The translations under genes and the position numbers were made by a program. From an uncultured Clostridia bacterium (GTDB lineage Bacteria > Bacillota > Clostridia > TANB77 > CAG-508), in assembly GCA_947626875.1 (NCBI GenBank), contig CANQTV010000001.1, forward strand, positions 34,924 to 98,923: a DNA stretch of 64,000 nucleotides, given 5' to 3'. Below, one piece after another: positions 37,219-46,954 of this stretch. Position 1 is the stretch's first letter, and every line of letters begins with the position of its first letter. A model generated the notes under the pieces. The model made no database searches, was not told the DNA's origin, and worked only from the letters and a program-made list of their open reading frames with translations.

Positions 37219-38087
37219 GATCTTTCCTCTTCTCTTCTCCAATAAAATAGATATTGCTGTGCTAATCCTGCTAAATCTCCAAATTTTTGTTGTGCTATTG
37301 CTTCTATTTTGGTTTTATTTACTTTGGTTTCATGTAAATATAGTTCATTCATTACTCTGCTGACCCATACATCTATTGGAAATACTTCTAGTCTTTTTAG
37401 TGTAGAAAATAATAAAATACAGTCTGCTACTTTTGGACCTACTCCTGACAGTGTTAATAATGTTTCCCTTATTTCTTTTGTGTTTGGATTCTTATGTAAT
37501 TCTTCAAAATTTATTTTATTTTCTAAAATCATATTTGTTGTTTCATATATTCGTTTGTCTCTAAATCCTAATCCTAAGTTTCTAAAATCTTGTATTGTTG
37601 CATTTTTTAGGTCTTCTGGTAGTGGAAATGTATAATATGTCTTTCCTTCAAATTCTATTTTATTTCCATAAGTTTGTGATAGTCTTTGAATAATTTTTTG
37701 TATTCTAGGTATATTGTTATTTGCTGATATGATAAATGATATTATTGTTTCCCATAAGTCTTGGTTTAATAGTCGTATTCCTTTTCCATATTGGATACTT
37801 TTTTTCATGTTTTCATCAATTTCTGATAATTTATTTTGTAACTTTTCATAATCTCTTTCTAAGTCAAAGTATTGATTTGTTAGCTTTTTTATGTCTTCGT
37901 TTCCTATTGATGTAATATAATAGTTTTTCTCATCTTCTTTGATGTTTATTACATTTTGCCTCACAACTCCTGTGTAGCTATTATCTTCATTTTTGTGCCA
38001 ACGAAAACATTGTCCACATGTAAATGTGTCTTTTAATTCAAAACATGATGGTTTTTCTAATATATATTCTTGTTTTTTCATATTCAA
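37215..38087 (-). CDS. ogg: 8-oxoguanine DNA glycosylase (OGG1-type, HhH-GPD)
   Basis: N-terminal CGQCFRW domain and the HhH-GPD motif LSGVGPKVADCILLF. Confidence 0.8.
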   Translation of the reverse strand: MNMKKQEYILEKPSCFELKDTFTCGQCFRWHKNEDNSYTGVVRQNVINIKEDEKNYYITSIGNEDIKKLTNQYFDLERDYEKLQNKLSEIDENMKKSIQYGKGIRLLNQDLWETIISFIISANNNIPRIQKIIQRLSQTYGNKIEFEGKTYYTFPLPEDLKNATIQDFRNLGLGFRDKRIYETTNMILENKINFEELHKNPNTKEIRETLLTLSGVGPKVADCILLFSTLKRLEVFPIDVWVSRVMNELYLHETKVNKTKIEAIAQQKFGDLAGLAQQYLFYWRREEERS

Positions 38088-38150
38088 AATTCATCCTTTT
38101 CTTTTGTTATTATACTATATTTTTTTGTGTTTGGAAAGCATTTTTCAACA

Positions 38151-39011
38151 TTATTCTCTTTTAAATCCTTGTCCTAACACTTCTCTTGCATTTGCAATTA
38201 TAATGAAACTATTGGAATCAATTTTTCTTGCAATGGTTTTAATTCTTGCAATGTCTCCTCTTGATGCTGCACACATTAAAATTATTTTATTTTTCTGTGT
38301 ATACATTCCTTTTCCAAAAAGACCTGTTGCTCCTCTTTGTATTTTTTCACCTACTTGTTTTGCTATTTCTTCGTTCCTATCAGATACAATAATTATCAGC
38401 TTTGTAAAATATATTCCTTCAAATATTATGTCTATCATTTTCCCTACTAAATAAATTGCTATTGCAGAATATAATCCGATTTCAATTTCTTTGAAAAATA
38501 TTACATTTAGTGCAACAATAATTGTGTCAATCATTGTTATCATATGCCCCATTCTAATATTAGAATTATATGTTTTGACTATAAAACTAAGTAAATCAGA
38601 GCCTCCTGTTGATGAATTACTTTTTAAAATTATTGCTGTTCCTATCCCTATCATGATTCCTCCATAAATGCATGCCAATAATCTATCATCTGTTATAATT
38701 GGTATTTTGTCAAGGAGGTCAATGGAAATTGAAAATGTAATTGTTCCTAATAACGATTTTGCACAAAAACTTTTTCCTAGTCTATATATTGCTATAATAA
38801 ATAATGGTATATTTAGTGCTAAAATTGTTGTTCCCATAGGTATATTTAAAAAATAATAGATAATTGTTGCAATACCTGAAAATCCTCCAGAAGATAGTTG
38901 GTTTGGTAATAAAAATAATGATGTTCCCATTGCCATAATTACTGCTCCTACTATTGTGCCTATTCCTTCTTTTAAAAGTTTTTTTATATTGTATTTTTCT
39001 TCTATTATCAT
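38151..39011 (-). CDS. YitT-family membrane protein (DUF2179 C-terminal domain)
   Basis: 286 aa with five TM segments followed by a soluble C-terminal domain, typical of the YitT family. Confidence 0.75.
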   Translation of the reverse strand: MIIEEKYNIKKLLKEGIGTIVGAVIMAMGTSLFLLPNQLSSGGFSGIATIIYYFLNIPMGTTILALNIPLFIIAIYRLGKSFCAKSLLGTITFSISIDLLDKIPIITDDRLLACIYGGIMIGIGTAIILKSNSSTGGSDLLSFIVKTYNSNIRMGHMITMIDTIIVALNVIFFKEIEIGLYSAIAIYLVGKMIDIIFEGIYFTKLIIIVSDRNEEIAKQVGEKIQRGATGLFGKGMYTQKNKIILMCAASRGDIARIKTIARKIDSNSFIIIANAREVLGQGFKRE

Positions 39012-39096
39012 ACTAAGATCACCTATTATTAGTATGTAATGTTTTGCGTAATTTAAACGTTAATGAACTTTAAAAAGAGACCTTTTATGGTCCCTC

Positions 39097-40155
39097 TTAT
39101 TCTTCTAAAAAATCATTGTATGTTTTTATAACTTCTATTTTTGATTTTCCTTGTTTTATTCCTTCATCTTGTTTTATTATTAAATCTACATCATATGTAT
39201 CTTTTAATTTTTGTATATTTTCTTTTTTATGCCCTATTACATTATTAGCATCTATTGGATTTACTGTTACTTCTACTTCTTTTACTTTAACATTTAATTT
39301 TTTTATTTTATTTAAAATTGCATCATACCACATAGCTGATTCTACTAATTGCCTAAATGCTGGATGAAATGGTCCTGCAACTACTTCGCTTTCATTGCTT
39401 TTTGGATCTGCTATTTCATCCGTGTTTTGAAGTCCTACTCTTATAATATCTATATTTTTGTTGTTAAACATTCTAACTAGTTCTTTACAGGTTTCTACTG
39501 CTTGTACCACTGTTAGTGGCTGATATTTTCCTTCTTCAAATTCTTTTTCTAATTTTGTTCCTTTAATTACTAATACTGGATATATTCTTATCATTTTTGG
39601 TCTTAATTTTATTAACTGTTTTGCTGTATTAATTTCATCAATTCTTGTACTTTCTGGTAAGCCTACCATCATTTGATGTCCTAGTGTAAATCCATATCTT
39701 CTAATTAATTTTGATGCCTTTTTTACATCTTCAAATGTATGTCCTCTTTCTGCTCTTTTTAATATATAGTTATTTGTTGATTGTACTCCTAATTCAATTG
39801 TTTTTACTTTGTATTGTTTTAATCTTTTTAAAGTTGTTTTATCAATACAATCTGGTCTTGTTGAAATACGTATACTGTCTATTTCCCCTTTTTGAATGTA
39901 TTCATATGCTAGTGCAAGTAATTCTTCTTGTTTTGATTCTTCTATTGCTGTAAAGCTTCCTCCAAAAAAGGCTATTTCCTTTTCTCCTTCTTTGTTCTTT
40001 ATTTCTTTTAAAAATTCATCTATTATTTTTTTGGCTTTTTCTTTTGTCATATTTTCTTTTTGTCCACTAATAGACTTTTGATTGCAAAATATACAATCAT
40101 TTGGACATCCTAGATGTGGTACAAATACGGGTATGATATATTTTTCTCTCATCAC
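39097..40155 (-). CDS. Radical SAM protein (ELP3/MiaB-like family)
   Basis: CPNDCIFCN (CxxxCxxC) near the N-terminus. Located upstream of rnc. Confidence 0.8.
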   Translation of the reverse strand: MMREKYIIPVFVPHLGCPNDCIFCNQKSISGQKENMTKEKAKKIIDEFLKEIKNKEGEKEIAFFGGSFTAIEESKQEELLALAYEYIQKGEIDSIRISTRPDCIDKTTLKRLKQYKVKTIELGVQSTNNYILKRAERGHTFEDVKKASKLIRRYGFTLGHQMMVGLPESTRIDEINTAKQLIKLRPKMIRIYPVLVIKGTKLEKEFEEGKYQPLTVVQAVETCKELVRMFNNKNIDIIRVGLQNTDEIADPKSNESEVVAGPFHPAFRQLVESAMWYDAILNKIKKLNVKVKEVEVTVNPIDANNVIGHKKENIQKLKDTYDVDLIIKQDEGIKQGKSKIEVIKTYNDFLEE

Positions 40156-40182
40156 TTTCCTCCTTGTTTGTACAATATGAGT

Positions 40183-40866
40183 TTATTCCATATTTTGTAA
40201 TGCTCTTTTTGCAGCTTCCATTTCTGCTTGTTTTTTGCTTTTTCCCCTTCCATCTGCTAGTTTTTTACCTTCAACTAGTACTTCTGCTTCAAAAGTTTTG
40301 TCATGGTCTGGTCCTAATTCTTTTGTGATGACATATGTAATTTTAATACTTCCGTTCTCTTGTAATTTTTCCTGCAAAACTGTTTTATAATCTTTATCAC
40401 CTACATGTGTTGTTGCTATTTCAATTTCTTCTTTTAGATTTTCGATGATAAATTTTTCTGCTGGCTCTATCCCTCCATCTAAGTAAATTGCCGCTATAAT
40501 TGCTTCTACACTATCTGCTAAAATTGCTGGTTTTTCATTTCCTTTTGATAATATTTCTGTTCTTCCAACATATAAAAATTGACTAAAATTATGGCGTTTT
40601 GCTATTTTATATAAACTATTCTCACATACAACTTCTGCTCTAACTTTTGTCATTTCTCCTTCTTTTAAATTTTGATATTTTTTGTATAGATATTCACTTG
40701 TTATAAATTCTAAAATACTGTCTCCTAAAAATTCTAATTTTTCATTGCTTTTTATATTATTTTCATATGCATAAGATGTATGTGTTAAGGCGTTTTTTAG
40801 GATTTTTATATCTTTAAATTTGTAGTTAATTTCTTTTTGCAATTTTTCTAAATTGTTTTCTGGCAT
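40183..40866 (-). CDS. rnc: Ribonuclease III
   Basis: Signature NEKLEFLGDSILEF and a C-terminal dsRBD. Confidence 0.95.
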   Translation of the reverse strand: MPENNLEKLQKEINYKFKDIKILKNALTHTSYAYENNIKSNEKLEFLGDSILEFITSEYLYKKYQNLKEGEMTKVRAEVVCENSLYKIAKRHNFSQFLYVGRTEILSKGNEKPAILADSVEAIIAAIYLDGGIEPAEKFIIENLKEEIEIATTHVGDKDYKTVLQEKLQENGSIKITYVITKELGPDHDKTFEAEVLVEGKKLADGRGKSKKQAEMEAAKRALQNME

Positions 40867-41014
40867 ATAATTTTTTCCTCCCTCTGCTTATTATATACTA
40901 TTTTACAAATTTTGCAAGAGATTTTTTCTAAAAATCTATGGACAAATTCGACTTTTTCATATATAATAGTATTGGGTATTTATCCAGTAAATGTTAGAAA
41001 AGGAGAGAAATATT

Positions 41015-42397
41015 ATGGCCTATAAAAAAGGTTATTTTGATTCTGATAATAGACAACTTACAGATGTTTTTAGAGAATTGCAAGAAACACGACTTCAATA
41101 TGAAACACAAAATTCAAAAAAATCTGCAAGAGTACATAAAGCTACAGCTAGTCAAAAGCCAAGAGTATCATATAAAAACTTTTCTCATAAGAAAACAATT
41201 AGTATGTCAATTCTTCTAATTGTTTTGATTTGTGCTATGGCAATTGCTCTTTTTTGGTCAACTTCTATTTCAGCAAAAGATGATTCCATAGAATTATATT
41301 CTCCATTAGCTGATGCTAATAAAGAATCTATTTCAATAGAAATTAATCGTCATCGTCTAAATGCTCATAATATTATTACATCAAATGCATCTTTGGAAAT
41401 TCTTAAAGAGCAAGTTATTGAAGAACAAGAAATACCTTTTGAAAGTTTACAAACAGAACGTTCTACTTTACCAAAAGGTGAAGAAGTTATTTTACAAGAA
41501 GGTGTTAATGGTAAGAAAAACGTAACTTTTGTTAGATCTTATCAAAATGGAGAATTAACAGAAGAAACAATTTTAAATGAAGAAAAAATTCAAGATTATG
41601 TGCCACAAATTGTTGATGTTGGTACTTCTGAATTTTTAGCAAAAGCAAAAGCACATCTTAATGATACTTTATATTTGACAAAGTCTTCTTCTTTATATGA
41701 AGGTATTGATACTACTTCAAAAGAGCTTGCTAAAATTGAGCAATATTTTGACGTAATACTTTTGGAATTGCCAAATGAAGAATGGTGTAAAGTTTCTTAT
41801 GAGGGTATGGAAGGATATTTACATACAAGTGATTTAACTTCTGCAGTTGCATCACCTACTATGCCTGAAAGAAATCGTATTCAAAAAGTTTTAATTAAAT
41901 TAAATATGGACATGCCTTTAAATCAATCTACTGGTTTAACTTTGGCAGATTACAAGAAAATTCTTACAGGTCTTCCTAATGATAAAAATGATGTATTTAA
42001 AAATAATTATGAAGTATTTTATAATATAGATAAAAAATATAATATTAATGGTATTTTCTTAGCTTCTATGGCTATTCATGAAAGTGCTTGGGGATCTTCT
42101 CAAATTGCAAATGATAAAAAGAATTTATTTGGCTATGGTGCTTATGATGCAACGCCTTACTCTTCTTCATACGATTTTGATACATATGCAGAAGGAATTG
42201 AATTAGTTGCTAAAGTATTAGTTAAATACTATATTAATCCTGCTGGCACAAAAATTTATGATAATGAAAAAGCTTTGGCTACTTATTATAATGGTCCAAC
42301 AGTTAGTGATGTTAATATTCGTTATGCTAGTGATACTGAGTGGCATACAAAAGTTTATTCTTATATGGAAATGTTATATAATAGATTAAAAATATAA
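41015..42397 (+). CDS. Cell-wall hydrolase: TM anchor, G5 domain, SH3b domain, C-terminal N-acetylglucosaminidase domain
   Basis: G5-like segment (LPKGEEVILQEGVNGKKNVTFVRSYQNGEL), SH3b-like segment (EWCKVSYEGMEGYLHTSDL), and glucosaminidase segment (FLASMAIHESAWGSSQIANDKKNLFGYGAYD). AAAGGAGAG RBS. Confidence 0.75.
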   Translation: MAYKKGYFDSDNRQLTDVFRELQETRLQYETQNSKKSARVHKATASQKPRVSYKNFSHKKTISMSILLIVLICAMAIALFWSTSISAKDDSIELYSPLADANKESISIEINRHRLNAHNIITSNASLEILKEQVIEEQEIPFESLQTERSTLPKGEEVILQEGVNGKKNVTFVRSYQNGELTEETILNEEKIQDYVPQIVDVGTSEFLAKAKAHLNDTLYLTKSSSLYEGIDTTSKELAKIEQYFDVILLELPNEEWCKVSYEGMEGYLHTSDLTSAVASPTMPERNRIQKVLIKLNMDMPLNQSTGLTLADYKKILTGLPNDKNDVFKNNYEVFYNIDKKYNINGIFLASMAIHESAWGSSQIANDKKNLFGYGAYDATPYSSSYDFDTYAEGIELVAKVLVKYYINPAGTKIYDNEKALATYYNGPTVSDVNIRYASDTEWHTKVYSYMEMLYNRLKI

Positions 42398-42411
42398 GGA
42401 GGAATACATAA

Positions 42412-43257
42412 GTGAATATTCCAAAGATTAAAATTAAACATACAAAATTAGCTTTTGTTATATTAATACTTTTGTTATTACTTTGTGTTCTTTCTTATTC
42501 ATATATTTTTTATATTAGTTATTGTAAAGAAGCATTTATCAATCAATCCTTAAAAATTTCAGAACAAAATCAAGTATCTATTTTTAAGGTAAATCGTATA
42601 TTGCTATATAGCAGTGGTAGTGCTATTGATAATAGTGCTGACCATTCTTTACAAGATTTAGATATATGCCAATATACTGATCTTTTAATTTCTATTGATA
42701 ATACTTCTTCTATACCAGAATTAACAACACAAAATACAGTAAAGGAATTATGGGTTGACAATATTCGTATTTCTACTTCTAATCCAGAAGTTGGTACACA
42801 AGTTTTAAATTATAAAAATCCAAATAATTCTGGTTCTTTTCAAGAATTATCTAGTGCCCCTGGTGGTCGCATTGATTTTAAAATTGTGAATACGAATGAG
42901 CAAAATGAATCTGCTGACTATAATCTTCCTACATTCTATACAGATTGTTCTGATCCTATTTCTTTAGGTTATTTAAATCGCGGTGTTGTGAAAAATTATT
43001 CTATTCATGATGATGTGAATTCAGTTGTACTTAATGGTAAAATTTTGGAACAAGCTGGTGTTGATTTAGCAAATTTGGATGCAAAATTATTATTTGATAT
43101 TCATATTAAAAATTATGACGATGATACTTTTGTGTATCATGCAAATATTGATCTTATATTAAATACTAAGAAAAAGGAAATTTTAGGTGGTTATTCATAT
43201 GAATCTAGGCCTAGCACTTCTGGTAATGAATATATATTCTTCCAAGAAGTTTCATAA
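42412..43257 (+). CDS. Hypothetical membrane-anchored extracytoplasmic protein
   Basis: GTG start after an AAGGAGG RBS, with an N-terminal TM anchor. Co-oriented with the hydrolase gene. Confidence 0.5.
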   Translation: MNIPKIKIKHTKLAFVILILLLLLCVLSYSYIFYISYCKEAFINQSLKISEQNQVSIFKVNRILLYSSGSAIDNSADHSLQDLDICQYTDLLISIDNTSSIPELTTQNTVKELWVDNIRISTSNPEVGTQVLNYKNPNNSGSFQELSSAPGGRIDFKIVNTNEQNESADYNLPTFYTDCSDPISLGYLNRGVVKNYSIHDDVNSVVLNGKILEQAGVDLANLDAKLLFDIHIKNYDDDTFVYHANIDLILNTKKKEILGGYSYESRPSTSGNEYIFFQEVS

Positions 43258-43262
43258 ATATA

Positions 43263-43307
43263 AAAAAGAGAGAAAACTTTTTATGCTTAATTGTTTTCTC
43301 TCTTTTT
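43263..43307. terminator. Bidirectional Rho-independent terminator
   Basis: Hairpin AAAAGAGAGAAAAC/GTTTTCTCTCTTTT with flanking A and T runs, lying between convergent genes. Confidence 0.7.
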
Positions 43308-43318
43308 TGTTTGTTATT

Positions 43319-44293
43319 CTAATTTTGCATAAATATTTGTTGCCCTTTAATCAAATTATAGCTTATTAATTCATTACTATCTAAATTTTCCTTATACATA
43401 TCTATTTCAGTAATTTGATTGTTTTCATAAGTTGTATAATAATATATTCCCTTATCCATGTTACAACAAGAACTGTAAATAGTTATCTCATACTTCCCTT
43501 CTCCCATGTGAACACATCCTCTTTGCTGATATACAGATTCTAGTATATGGAAAAATTGACTTATACTTTCTGATTCTGAATCTCCAGATTTTGAATTCAT
43601 TTTAGTAAATGTCGCTTTTACAAATCTAGAAGCAGATGATAAATCTCCTGGCAATCCCATTGCTCCCATTCCACGACTATAAGTTTCTAAATTTAATTCT
43701 TTCGAAAAATTATTTATTGGTTTTTCAGTTGATAAATTCATATAGTTATTTAAATTAAATAATTGAATATCAAAAGTTGGATTATTCGTAAGAATACCAA
43801 CTGGATTATCATATACCTTTAATCCTTCTTTAACACTTTCTACAGTTATAGACTTTTCTTTATCTGCAATTATCCAATGTAATGGAGATGCTGGTAACTC
43901 ATCACTAAAATTGATTTTTGCAATATTTATATTTTCTAATAATTTTTTTGTTTCTTCAATGTTTGCACATTGTGATAAAATATATGGTATAAATTCAAAA
44001 GGTGCTATATTATTTTTTCCAATTTTTATTTCTTTATAGTCTGCATTTGTTGGAAAATTTAATCCAGCCATTCCTAGTCCTTTTTCATTTATTGCATCAT
44101 AATAAAGTGGATAATCATTTGCAACATATGCCATTCCTATAATTGCATAATGATTATTTATGTTTTCTACTTGTCTAAATTTGAATTCATAATTTCTAGG
44201 GGTTATAGTAACTGTTTCCTTGTATGAATATTCTAAATCTAAGTTCCTTCCAAAATAATGATCGTTTGTTTTATACGTTATTGCTGTACACAT
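43319..44293 (-). CDS. Choloylglycine hydrolase family (linear amide C-N hydrolase; bile-salt-hydrolase-like)
   Basis: The protein starts MCTAITY (Ntn Cys2 nucleophile) at the ATG at 44291-44293, after a GGAGGAAG RBS. About 324 aa. Confidence 0.8.
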   Translation of the reverse strand: MCTAITYKTNDHYFGRNLDLEYSYKETVTITPRNYEFKFRQVENINNHYAIIGMAYVANDYPLYYDAINEKGLGMAGLNFPTNADYKEIKIGKNNIAPFEFIPYILSQCANIEETKKLLENINIAKINFSDELPASPLHWIIADKEKSITVESVKEGLKVYDNPVGILTNNPTFDIQLFNLNNYMNLSTEKPINNFSKELNLETYSRGMGAMGLPGDLSSASRFVKATFTKMNSKSGDSESESISQFFHILESVYQQRGCVHMGEGKYEITIYSSCCNMDKGIYYYTTYENNQITEIDMYKENLDSNELISYNLIKGQQIFMQN

Positions 44294-44330
44294 ATTTTCT
44301 TCCTCCTTAATTTTATGTAGGAAACAAAAA

Positions 44331-44711
44331 CTAAGACGATGTAATAATTCCAATAATTATCAATATTCCAATAACGATAAGAGCACACCAATAATATTTC
44401 AAAAAATTCTTTTTAGTAAATTTCTTAAATTTATTATCGTCTTCTTCCTCTTCTACATCTTTAAGTTCTTCAATATCGTCATTAACAATTGTTGCATTGT
44501 CAAAATCTTTTACAATTTTTTTTACTTTTTCTAAATTATTATTGTTTACATATAAGCAATATACTTGATAATACTTGCTTGCTTCTCTATAGTGTTCAAT
44601 CCATCTATCTTCAATTTTTATTTCATATTCTATATTTTGTTCTGTTAGGCATTCTTCTAAATACTTTTTTATGTTTTCTTCTTCTATTCTAAATTCAATT
44701 ACTTTTTCCAT
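44331..44711 (-). CDS. Hypothetical protein with C-terminal TM anchor
   Basis: AAAGGAGAA RBS before the ATG at 44709-44711. Acidic soluble domain followed by a TM segment. Confidence 0.45.
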   Translation of the reverse strand: MEKVIEFRIEEENIKKYLEECLTEQNIEYEIKIEDRWIEHYREASKYYQVYCLYVNNNNLEKVKKIVKDFDNATIVNDDIEELKDVEEEEDDNKFKKFTKKNFLKYYWCALIVIGILIIIGIITSS

Positions 44712-44844
44712 CAATTTTTCTCCTTTATTATTTAATAAAATTATTATACTATAACTCAAAAGAAAATACAATAATTTATTTATTATTTTAAATTTTGTGT
44801 TATAATAATACTATAAAATAGCAAGTTTAAAGGAGAATGATTTT

Positions 44845-45426
44845 ATGGATGAAAAAAATAAAATGCTAGCTGGTAAATTGTATGATGCAAATTACAATGA
44901 AGATTTAATAAGAGAAAGATATATAGCTAAGGATAAATGTTATGATTATAATCAATTAAAACCTTCAAATCACATACAAAAGGAAAAGATTATAAAAGAT
45001 TTATTTGGAAAAACTGGGAATACATTTACTATAGAACAGCCTTTTATGTGTGATTATGGATATAATATAGAAATTGGAGAAAATTTCTATGCTAATCATA
45101 ATTTAATTATACTTGATGGAAATAAAGTTGAATTTGGAGATAATGTATTTATAGCACCAAACTGCTCCTTTTATACAGCAGGACATCCGTTAGATGCAGA
45201 AAGAAGAAATCAAGGTTTAGAATATGCTAAACCTATTAAAGTTGGTAATAATGTATGGTTTGGTGGAAATGTTGTTGTTCTTCCTGGAGTGACAATTGGA
45301 GATAATACTGTAATAGGAGCAGGTAGTGTTGTTAATAAAGATATTCCATCAAATGTAGTAGCAGTCGGAAATCCTTGTAGAGTTATAATGGATGTAGAAA
45401 AGAAATATCGAAAGGTTGGTAGATAA
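44845..45426 (+). CDS. maa: Maltose/galactoside O-acetyltransferase (left-handed beta-helix)
   Basis: Mac N-terminal segment and hexapeptide repeats GGNVVVLPGVTIGDNTVIGAGSVV. Confidence 0.85.
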   Translation: MDEKNKMLAGKLYDANYNEDLIRERYIAKDKCYDYNQLKPSNHIQKEKIIKDLFGKTGNTFTIEQPFMCDYGYNIEIGENFYANHNLIILDGNKVEFGDNVFIAPNCSFYTAGHPLDAERRNQGLEYAKPIKVGNNVWFGGNVVVLPGVTIGDNTVIGAGSVVNKDIPSNVVAVGNPCRVIMDVEKKYRKVGR

Positions 45427-45430
45427 TTAT

Positions 45431-45745
45431 ATGGAAAAACAGAAAATAAGGAATAATAAAGTACATTCAATTTTTAAATTTATATTTATTTTAAGTTTGC
45501 TATACTATATGTTTTGGCTTGTTGTTTCAATAAAATATAGTATAACTGGCATAAGTTCTGAATATGTTGGAATACATATAGAATCTTTGTGTAATCACAT
45601 TCATACAACCTATTATGGTTTAGAGGGATTTTGGGCAGGCATTGAAAATTGTCTTACATACACATTGTTTAGGTTTTGGTTTATTCCTTTATATCAAGCT
45701 ATATATGTAATTATTAATTATATTAGAAAAAGGCTTAACAAGTAG
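45431..45745 (+). CDS. Hypothetical small membrane protein
   Basis: ATG at 45431, with two to three TM segments. Confidence 0.35.
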   Translation: MEKQKIRNNKVHSIFKFIFILSLLYYMFWLVVSIKYSITGISSEYVGIHIESLCNHIHTTYYGLEGFWAGIENCLTYTLFRFWFIPLYQAIYVIINYIRKRLNK

Positions 45746-45808
45746 CCTATTTATCATATATTCCGCCAAATAACACGCCATTATATAAACTCACTTTCAA
45801 ATTATAAT

Positions 45809-46858
45809 TTATCTTTCAATTTTATTTATATATTCACTTAAAGTTAATGGCATATATCTTTGGCTTCTAATTGCATTTATTCCAAAATCTTTTAATTTAT
45901 TAAATGATAATTTTCCTTTTTCGTATCTTGTTAATAAATCTATTTTCATAGCTCTTTGCATTTTTAAATTTTCATCTTTATACTCATAAGGAATATTTAC
46001 TTCTATTACTTTAAACTTATACATAATTGATGAATATGGCTTGCCAACATATATATAAACAATATCATTTATTTTAATATCTGTGCTTTGCTTCCACATC
46101 ATTGTATTATTTTCTTTTAATGCTTTATCTATATCAAAATACTTTGGATTTGCAGGCACTATCCACTCATTTTTAGCACGATTTTTATTTGTAACTGTAT
46201 ATGAATAACTTTTATCAATCAAGTTCATTATTTTTTCATCTGATATAGTATTATTTAGTATAACTGTAATCCAACTTTTCTTGTTCATATGATATGCAGG
46301 ATAAAATCCGTCTTGTTTTAGTAAATATTCTATTTCATTTGGCTCTAGTTTTATATCAATTATTTCAATTTCACCAGTAGAGCTTTCACCTAATTTACTT
46401 TTGTCAAGATTCATTATTATGCCATACCACTTTTTACTATCTCCATTTCTAAAAGTAGCATATCCAGGGAACTTTTCCCATTCAAATTCTGGCTCATCCC
46501 CATACCTTTCCTTTATTGCTTTTGTTATTCTATTTGATTGCTCATATATAAAAGCTTCTCTAGTAAAACAATTACTTCTAATATCTTTTAATAAATTTTC
46601 AAATTCATCTTTAACTTGTCCTACAAAAGAGCCTGTACTATCTTCTATGCGAAAATTAGTATATTCATCTCCAAAAGATAAATCATAAACTTTACCTTTA
46701 ACTATTCCATCATTATTTATTTCAATATCCACTCTAAAAGTATTATTCATAATATTTTTAGAATATTTGTACAAAGACTTATATTTTTTAAATCCATATT
46801 CAGATATTTTATCAAAATCAATCTTTGTTTTTCTAAATAATTCTTCTTCAATAGTCAT
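45809..46858 (-). CDS. MmcQ/YjbR-family domain fused to a C-terminal PUA-like (EVE/ASCH-type) domain
   Basis: The middle region (YGDEPEFEWEKFPGYATFRNGDSKKWYGIIMNL...FYPAYHMNKKSWITVIL) matches the YjbR/MmcQ pattern. The last ~120 aa (EWIVPANPKYFDIDKAL...IVYIYVG...YKFKVIEV) resemble EVE-type folds. GGGGAGAA RBS. Confidence 0.55.
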   Translation of the reverse strand: MTIEEELFRKTKIDFDKISEYGFKKYKSLYKYSKNIMNNTFRVDIEINNDGIVKGKVYDLSFGDEYTNFRIEDSTGSFVGQVKDEFENLLKDIRSNCFTREAFIYEQSNRITKAIKERYGDEPEFEWEKFPGYATFRNGDSKKWYGIIMNLDKSKLGESSTGEIEIIDIKLEPNEIEYLLKQDGFYPAYHMNKKSWITVILNNTISDEKIMNLIDKSYSYTVTNKNRAKNEWIVPANPKYFDIDKALKENNTMMWKQSTDIKINDIVYIYVGKPYSSIMYKFKVIEVNIPYEYKDENLKMQRAMKIDLLTRYEKGKLSFNKLKDFGINAIRSQRYMPLTLSEYINKIER

Positions 46859-46875
46859 TTTTATTCTCCCCTGCA

Positions 46876-46949
46876 AATTACTTATTTATCTAGCTAAAGT
46901 ATAACAAAAAAGCAAGTGATTGTAAATATATTCACTTGCTCATATAAAT
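46876..46949 (-). repeat. Repeated 74-nt intergenic module containing the tyrS terminator, copy 1
   Basis: A 54-nt stretch (46896-46949) is identical to 49613-49666, with about 90 percent identity over 74 nt. On the minus strand it reads hairpin AGCAAGTGA/TCACTTGCT followed by TTTTTTG. Confidence 0.85.
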
Positions 46950-46954
46950 CTAAT

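Noticed and set aside
37076-37363. 95-aa ORF, together with the 153-aa ORF at 60426-60887.
   Set aside because: Both start inside the GC-rich palindromic repeats and then run antisense into ogg or tmk. They are artefacts of the repeat sequence.
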